Below are positions 25,074 through 30,113 of a stretch of DNA of 30,113 nucleotides, one piece after another. Below the pieces are notes generated by a model, which saw nothing but the letters and a program-made list of their open reading frames with translations, was not told the DNA's origin and made no database searches. How positions within the stretch are numbered: position 1 is the stretch's first letter; each line of letters opens with the position of its first letter. Position numbers and translations under genes: made by a program. The DNA lies in the IMG/VR virus record IMGVR_UViG_3300002966_000052, positions 1 to 30,113 of that record; one strand, written 5' to 3'. The stretch comes from a virus. Its lineage: Duplodnaviria > Caudoviricetes.

Positions 25074-25818
25074 ATTTTAATTGGTGAATAGTCTTTTGCC
25101 AAACATCTTTTCTTACTATTTCCCCTTGTAAAGAATAATACTTTGCTCCTTCCCATTCTAATGCAGGAGTGGTTGTTGAATGGAGTTTTCCTTTTTGACA
25201 TCTAATTATTTTTGGACGGGTTATGACAATAACTTTATTTTCAAAAACCCAATAAAAAAACACACCATTTTTTAATAAATTAAATTGTAATTCGCAAAAC
25301 TTTTTTCTAAACTTACATATTTTGCAATTATCATCTTTATCACAACAGTTCAGACAGGCAACATACCAAGTAGCATCCAGAGGAGCGTTTCGGGGGATAC
25401 TTACCACGGTGCCCAAAACCGCCTTCCAATAATAATAATCCTCAATGGGAAAATTAAAAGCAATATTAAAAAAGGTTCCATAAATGGCATCCCAAGCGAT
25501 ATACCAAGCGGTATTCTTAACAATGTCCCAGACAACCATTTGAGTATTACCCAAAAGAGCGGGGGCAGTTTGAGTAGTTCTATAAAGAGTATCCCGAATC
25601 TCTTTCCAGGCAGTATCTTCTTTAACCTTCTTAACGGTTTCACAAACAGCACCCCATCCATTTAAATTATCATATAATTCAACTTTCCTTTTGGGTAGCC
25701 CAACTTTTTTAAAGTGCTCGTCAAAACTTTTCTGAATGGCATTTTTATCAACATAATAATATTGTAATATATACTTGATTTCTTTTATTGCTTTTTTTGC
25801 TTTTTCATTTAGTTTCAT
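25066..25818 (-). CDS. DUF6745-like protein with degenerate AW repeats, apparently C-terminally shortened
   Basis: TAW/VVW/IAW/ATW repeats, then ITRPKII...GKLHSTTTPALEW...YSLQG. Confidence 0.6.
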   Translation of the reverse strand: MKLNEKAKKAIKEIKYILQYYYVDKNAIQKSFDEHFKKVGLPKRKVELYDNLNGWGAVCETVKKVKEDTAWKEIRDTLYRTTQTAPALLGNTQMVVWDIVKNTAWYIAWDAIYGTFFNIAFNFPIEDYYYWKAVLGTVVSIPRNAPLDATWYVACLNCCDKDDNCKICKFRKKFCELQFNLLKNGVFFYWVFENKVIVITRPKIIRCQKGKLHSTTTPALEWEGAKYYSLQGEIVRKDVWQKTIHQLKYE

Positions 25819-25822
25819 ATTT

Positions 25823-26158
25823 TTACTTTATAGTAAAATAATAAATCTTCATACTCTTTCCATTTTCAAACATTGATTGTTTTATCTCATACTCTTTTCT
25901 TTTTTCTTTTTCTTTTAGTTCTTTCCTTGTCGGAACCCTCATTGAAACCTCTCTTTTTCCAACCATAACTATAAACTTATCAACACCTTCATTTATCGCC
26001 CTATTAATCAACTTTTCATTTATTCCAAAACAAAAATAGCCATTATTAAAGAATGGTTTTTTAATATAGAGTTTCCAAAGAAGATAATCATCACTGTATA
26101 TCTCTTCGTATTTTATCCCCCAGATTTTCTTTAGGATAGTTGGGGCTGTTGTTAACAT
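25823..26158 (-). CDS. Hypothetical protein
   Basis: 111-aa ORF overlapping the upstream stop. Confidence 0.6.
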   Translation of the reverse strand: MLTTAPTILKKIWGIKYEEIYSDDYLLWKLYIKKPFFNNGYFCFGINEKLINRAINEGVDKFIVMVGKREVSMRVPTRKELKEKEKRKEYEIKQSMFENGKSMKIYYFTIK

Positions 26159-26469
26159 AATTTTATTATAAGTGGTGTTTTATATATAACCTTTTTTAAT
26201 CTTTTTTCTTTTGGATAATAAATTAGATAAGCGTGAATTTTATTTTTCTTTGCCATTACTTTTATTTTTTCTATTTGTTTTTTTTCTCTGGGGCTGGGAT
26301 AAAACCTTTTCCCAAATCCCTCTTTCACTTCCCATATTTCTAATTTATTTGGTTTAATAATAATGTAATCTGCTACTTCTCCTATTGCTAATTTTACTAT
26401 AAACTTTCCTTCCTTTTTTATCTTTTGTCTAAATTTATATTCTGCCTGATAACCCCTTCTTTTTTTCAT
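26152..26469 (-). CDS. PD-(D/E)xK nuclease, Hjc-like Holliday junction resolvase
   Basis: RGYQAE, ADYII, IWEVK pattern in 105 aa. Confidence 0.72.
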   Translation of the reverse strand: MKKRRGYQAEYKFRQKIKKEGKFIVKLAIGEVADYIIIKPNKLEIWEVKEGFGKRFYPSPREKKQIEKIKVMAKKNKIHAYLIYYPKEKRLKKVIYKTPLIIKLC

Positions 26470-26525
26470 CTTTTTTGTTTTGGAACATAGTTTTTAATCA
26501 TTTTTTTGTATTTGTTTATTAAATT

Positions 26526-26849
26526 TTAACCACTATTAAAAGAAGACAAAATTACTCCCTTTTTTAATCCTGGTTTTGCTTCACCAATATATTCAACTTT
26601 TATTTCGTCTAAATTATTTGTCCAACAATCATCACTTCTACTATCTATTATTCTTCCGTTTTCCAACCCTTCCATAAACTTTTTCTTTTTCTCGTCGTAA
26701 AAAATATCATCGTTCCACCAACTACCGGCAGAGGCGGGGTGTATTCTCTTTGCTTCCTCTTCATTTTCTGCACAAACTACTGCACCATCAAACTGGTATA
26801 AAAACCACCAATTTTCATCTGAATGAATGGAAATTACAAATAATTTCAT
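26526..26849 (-). CDS. Conserved phage hypothetical protein
   Basis: FDGAVVCAENEEEAKRIHP...VEYIGEA...GVILSSFNSG. Confidence 0.7.
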   Translation of the reverse strand: MKLFVISIHSDENWWFLYQFDGAVVCAENEEEAKRIHPASAGSWWNDDIFYDEKKKKFMEGLENGRIIDSRSDDCWTNNLDEIKVEYIGEAKPGLKKGVILSSFNSG

Positions 26850-26883
26850 AATTTTTTATTTATTTTTTACCAACCTTTTTCAT

Positions 26884-27246
26884 TTATTCATTAACTTTAT
26901 CAACAAGTATTGATAACCCTTCTTGAAGTTCATCAATTTTCTTTTCAATTGTTTTGATGTTATTATTAATGGTTGTTAAACAAGCGATAATTGTATTGGT
27001 ATCGGCATTATCTGGCTTGGTTTCCCTAAAAGCAATTTTCGCTTTGTGAATTTCTATTCCATCTTCTGTGTGATAATCGTTTTCTGGGTCCCATTCAACC
27101 CAAATTGAATGATATAGTTTTGGTTTTTCTTTGCTAAATAGCATCCATACTTCTTCTTTATTATTTTCTTCCCAAATATTATAATACGGAATACCTGTTG
27201 CGGCTTTCTTTTCTGTAATTTTACTAATTTTTATTTTTTTCCTCAT
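26884..27246 (-). CDS. Hypothetical protein (beta-rich N-terminus, coiled-coil C-terminus)
   Basis: ORF with start set at ATG 27246. Confidence 0.6.
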   Translation of the reverse strand: MRKKIKISKITEKKAATGIPYYNIWEENNKEEVWMLFSKEKPKLYHSIWVEWDPENDYHTEDGIEIHKAKIAFRETKPDNADTNTIIACLTTINNNIKTIEKKIDELQEGLSILVDKVNE

Positions 27247-27562
27247 TGTTTTTAAGTTTTTCAATTCTTTCTATTACATCATTAGAAATTTCTTCCTTTG
27301 TATTTAGTCCATATTCTTTACTTATTTCTTCAACAATTTCTTTTGCCTGTTGAGTAATTAAATTTATGTCTATTTCTTTATTAAACCCTTGACCGCTCCA
27401 AAAATCACACAACGCTTTAAACACGCTTTGAAACATTATCTGTTTGTCTTTGAGTTGAAAAGGATAATTTTCTTTATCCCTCCACTCTTTATAACTATCT
27501 ATTAACGGCTCTAAAAGACCTTTTCTATTTAAGTATTCTGCAAATTTGATATCTATTTCCAT
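27224..27562 (-). CDS. Hypothetical protein
   Basis: 112-aa ORF with AAAGGTTG leader. Confidence 0.65.
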   Translation of the reverse strand: MEIDIKFAEYLNRKGLLEPLIDSYKEWRDKENYPFQLKDKQIMFQSVFKALCDFWSGQGFNKEIDINLITQQAKEIVEEISKEYGLNTKEEISNDVIERIEKLKNNEEKNKN

Positions 27563-27653
27563 AAGTTTTATTTTATTAACTCTTTTTATTTACAACCTTT
27601 TTATTAATTAAACATAAATATTTATTTAAAACCACCTGAATTGAAAATGACAT

Positions 27654-27914
27654 TTATTTTTGAATTAAATTTTTAATTGCCTCTGTAGTTAATACGTGGG
27701 TTTTTCTCCACTTTCTTCCGACCTTAATTAAATATCCCTCTTCTTGAAGTTGTTCCATTTTTTGTCTTGCCCTTTCTTTTGAAAAACCAAAAGTATCTCC
27801 TATTTCTTTTAGGGTTGGCATTTTTCCAGTAGCGGCAAGGTAATCAATGATATACAAATAAATCTTTTTATTGAGTTGTTTTCTTTTTATAATTGACCTT
27901 GTTTCTTTTTTCAT
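27654..27914 (-). CDS. LexA-like winged-HTH regulator, DNA-binding domain only
   Basis: IYLYIIDY...GKMPTLKEIGDTFGFSKERARQKMEQLQEEGYL; no peptidase domain. Confidence 0.82.
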   Translation of the reverse strand: MKKETRSIIKRKQLNKKIYLYIIDYLAATGKMPTLKEIGDTFGFSKERARQKMEQLQEEGYLIKVGRKWRKTHVLTTEAIKNLIQK

Positions 27915-27922
27915 ATTACTCT

Positions 27923-27951
27923 ATCTTAAAAAATTTTTTTAAAAAAGTCAA
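27923..27951 (-). promoter_or_regulatory. Sigma70-type promoter giving a near-leaderless transcript
   Basis: TTGACT (27946-27951), 17 nt, TAAGAT (27923-27928), 8 nt before ATG 27914. Confidence 0.6.
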
Positions 27952-27954
27952 GGG

Positions 27955-28662
27955 TTAAAGTTTATACTCTTTAACTTGATCAATTTTTTTAACAACCGTT
28001 GAGAGTGTCCAATCAAATCCACCTTTTTCTGCGGCAAATTTTGCAAGATTTTGGGCCACCAAAATATCTTTTGTTTTATATGGTGTAAGTTGGCTGGCAT
28101 ATTTTCCGTGTCGTTTAATAAAGTCTTGCAATTTCTTTTTAGCATTTTTCGCCTTTTCTTCTGGTGTTTTTCCTTCTACATCCGTAAAATCAATATTTTT
28201 CTCTTTTGCATACCATGCTAAAATCCTTAAATGTCTCTGTTTAGAGGAACTAAGCATTTTAAGAATTTCTTCGTTATTATTATATTTATATAATAATAAA
28301 TTATTATTTATATTGTTTTCTTTAAGTTTTCTTAAATAGCCCTTTTTAAGTTTTTTTAAATAGGGGGTGGGTTTTGGTAGGGGTGTTAAGTATATTTTTC
28401 TTAGGTTTCCTTCTTCTTTATTTATCTCAATTTTAATAAATCCAGCCTTTTCTAATGTTTGAAGAGTCATTGAAATTTGAGTAATTGATTTATTATATAA
28501 TTCAGCAAAATAAGCGTTAGAAGCCCGGCAATATCCTTCTTTATCACAAAGAGCCGTTATTTCAGAATACAAAAGTTTTGCTAATAAAGATATTTTTTTG
28601 CTATATCTTACTTCTGCCGGTAAAATTGAATAATAAGATGGTTTAATTTTTTCTTCTGCCAT
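27955..28662 (-). CDS. Phage replication initiator with N-terminal wHTH
   Basis: YYSILPAEVRY, AKLLYSEITAL, GYCRASNAYFAELY, L..LEKAGFI; N-rich linker. Confidence 0.87.
   Translation of the reverse strand: MAEEKIKPSYYSILPAEVRYSKKISLLAKLLYSEITALCDKEGYCRASNAYFAELYNKSITQISMTLQTLEKAGFIKIEINKEEGNLRKIYLTPLPKPTPYLKKLKKGYLRKLKENNINNNLLLYKYNNNEEILKMLSSSKQRHLRILAWYAKEKNIDFTDVEGKTPEEKAKNAKKKLQDFIKRHGKYASQLTPYKTKDILVAQNLAKFAAEKGGFDWTLSTVVKKIDQVKEYKL
28272..28363. repeat. Probable replication origin: two 19-bp iterons plus AT-only tract
   Basis: tttaagttttYttaaatag at 28321-28339 and 28345-28363; A/T-only run about 28274-28314. Confidence 0.62.
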
Positions 28663-28678
28663 AATAAGCCCCTAATCT

Positions 28679-28708
28679 CTCTCCTTGTATCCGAAGACAC
28701 AAGGAGAG
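28679..28708 (-). promoter_or_regulatory. 13-bp cUUCGg hairpin upstream of the initiator gene
   Basis: CUCUCCUUGUGUC-UUCG-GAUACAAGGAGAG. Confidence 0.75.
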
Positions 28709-28720
28709 CAAATTAGATGC

Positions 28721-29293
28721 TTACTCAAAATAGTCAAGATATTTGCGATATGTTCCTGTTCTGTAGGTTGTCCATTGAGACCAGTCCGTTCCACCCCTTG
28801 ATAATTGGTAGGCAACATCTATATTATATTCCCAGTTTAATAACCTTGAGCAGTCTACCCATCCACAATGGCAACTATTAATCTGGGCAATACCCCTATC
28901 AACTGAACCATCAGCGTTTATATTTTGGGCATCGGCCCTTAATCCACTTTCTGCGTTAAATATAGCCAGAGCAATTTTGCTTCTATTTCCAAATTTTTTT
29001 TGCGTATATTCTACGATAGGCGTAACATCTTGTCCGCTTCTATTGATATACACTCTTTTTTCAATTACTTTTTCTTTTATTTTTTCAATTACTTTCGGTT
29101 CTTGGTTTTGCAGATTCCACACTTTTTCCTGAAGTTCTTGATTTTTTCTCCGCATTTCTTGACTATAATTGTAGTGGGCTATTATCTGGCTTATCGTAAG
29201 AATAAGCACAAATAATTTAACCCACCACGGTATTCTCCACAGGTTTTCTTTTGGCTTTCTGCCTCCGATTCGCCTGTGGAGGGTTGTACTCAT
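28721..29293 (-). CDS. Membrane-anchored lytic transglycosylase (SLT-like)
   Basis: N-terminal TM, coiled coil, AESG (catalytic Glu), DRGIAQIN, YNIDVAY, WSQWTTY. Confidence 0.88.
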   Translation of the reverse strand: MSTTLHRRIGGRKPKENLWRIPWWVKLFVLILTISQIIAHYNYSQEMRRKNQELQEKVWNLQNQEPKVIEKIKEKVIEKRVYINRSGQDVTPIVEYTQKKFGNRSKIALAIFNAESGLRADAQNINADGSVDRGIAQINSCHCGWVDCSRLLNWEYNIDVAYQLSRGGTDWSQWTTYRTGTYRKYLDYFE

Positions 29294-29311
29294 ATTCAAT
29301 ATTTCACCCTG

Positions 29312-29446
29312 TTATTTAATTAGCGAGGCGACCTTTAATAAATCCGCCGCTAATTTACCGATGTAAAGAGCCATTAATAAACATATTATAATACCTCCCA
29401 AAAGTGAAATCAAGCATTGCTTCTTTATTTTGGAAATTTTGTTCAT
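29312..29446 (-). CDS. Small single-TM protein, 44 aa (not in ORF track)
   Basis: MNKISKIKKQCLISLLGGIIICLLMALYIGKLAADLLKVASLIK; AAAGGTCG leader. Confidence 0.6.
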   Translation of the reverse strand: MNKISKIKKQCLISLLGGIIICLLMALYIGKLAADLLKVASLIK

Positions 29447-29472
29447 AAGTTTATTTTATTTTTCCGACCTTT

Positions 29473-30113
29473 TTATGTTTCTTTTTCTAAATTATTTAAA
29501 TAATCATCAATAGTTATCTCCATTTTCCAAGACATACAATAATCAGCATTTGGATTTTGTTGGGCTACATTGGGGTCAATTCCGCTAACATATACCCGAC
29601 CAGTAGATGGACAGACATATTTCAAAAAGTAAGCGGGTTGGCTAAAAACATTCTCTATCAAATAAAGTTCATTTCCTTTTTCTGATTTATCTAATAACTT
29701 TGCCTTGCTTTCTTTTAAAAGTTTTTCAGCATCCATCATCTTTAAAGCAACCATTCTTTGTTCTATGTTTTTTATAGCCATTATCTCTTTAAAAGACATT
29801 TTTTTGCCAACAACTTTCTGCCATAAATCTTTATCAAACTTTACTCCTTCTATCCAATATGTTTCTTTATCAGCAAATTTTAAAGCATAACCATTCAAGT
29901 TGTGTAATTGTTTTTTTTCGTTTAAATGAATTTCTGGAAAAGGTAGAATATAAAGTTTTTCTTTTGAAATCCAAATATAAGCATTGCCCGCTTCAACAAT
30001 CTTTTTAATCGCCTCTACTTTTCTTTTATTTTTTTGTAAAACTTTTAAATGTGGATAAAACTCGTTAATAAACAAAATCCAGTTATTTTCCCAGTATCCA
30101 AAAGTATCAAACC
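29473..30113 (-). CDS. DUF6745-like protein, 5'-truncated by the window end
   Basis: Frame open to 30113 (FDTFGYWENNWILFINEF); LHNLNGYALKFAD, YWIEGV, IKNIEQR, CPSTGRVY. Confidence 0.75.
   Translation of the reverse strand, partial: FDTFGYWENNWILFINEFYPHLKVLQKNKRKVEAIKKIVEAGNAYIWISKEKLYILPFPEIHLNEKKQLHNLNGYALKFADKETYWIEGVKFDKDLWQKVVGKKMSFKEIMAIKNIEQRMVALKMMDAEKLLKESKAKLLDKSEKGNELYLIENVFSQPAYFLKYVCPSTGRVYVSGIDPNVAQQNPNADYCMSWKMEITIDDYLNNLEKET

Larger units (their letters stand above)
1..30113 (-). mobile_element. Near-complete siphovirus-like phage genome, host probably Patescibacteria (CPR)
   Basis: Ordered terminase-portal-protease-capsid-neck-tail tube-chaperone-tape measure-tail tip-lysis modules, all on one strand. 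Host inferred from recalled KhpA similarity and lack of SD sites. Confidence 0.95.

Noticed and set aside
2811-28145. Nested minus-strand ORFs 2811..2993, 12216..12416, 25401..25661, 27948..28145
   Set aside because: Out-of-frame overlaps inside better-supported genes, with no leader signal.
458-29890. All plus-strand ORFs in the track (e.g. 458..790, 7235..7507, 15177..15656, 17864..18196)
   Set aside because: Antisense shadows of well-supported minus-strand genes, with F/S/L-rich composition and no motifs.
1-30113. Alternative genetic code (TGA or TAG recoding as in some CPR lineages and phages)
   Set aside because: Code 11 gives full-length tightly packed genes; TGA and TAG end genes at sensible junctions such as ATGA overlaps.

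Overview
The window is a near-complete, AT-rich tailed dsDNA phage genome (HK97-type head, non-contractile tail). Every credible gene is on the minus strand and uses genetic code 11. In transcription order (high to low coordinates) it holds: early/replication genes (repeat-containing protein, membrane-anchored lytic transglycosylase, replication initiator with internal origin, LexA-like HTH, Hjc-like nuclease, metallophosphoesterase, HAD phosphatase, broken ParB-DNA methyltransferase); terminase; portal-gpF fusion; extended prohead protease; major capsid; a glycosyltransferase/methyltransferase cassette; neck and tail genes with a -1 frameshift chaperone; a lysis cassette; khpA; tandem promoters; and small early genes. 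The two ends appear to be halves of one gene, implying a circular genome broken in a repeat. No integrase, DNA polymerase, tRNA, CRISPR array or reverse transcriptase was seen. The KhpA sequence suggests a Patescibacteria/CPR host (recalled similarity, not a search). The most striking signal is that most genes lack Shine-Dalgarno sites, while at least 17 start codons are preceded 18-35 nt upstream by AARGGTYR (typically AAAGGTCG), a candidate non-SD translation-initiation element. All calls come from motif recognition by eye; no database searches were run.
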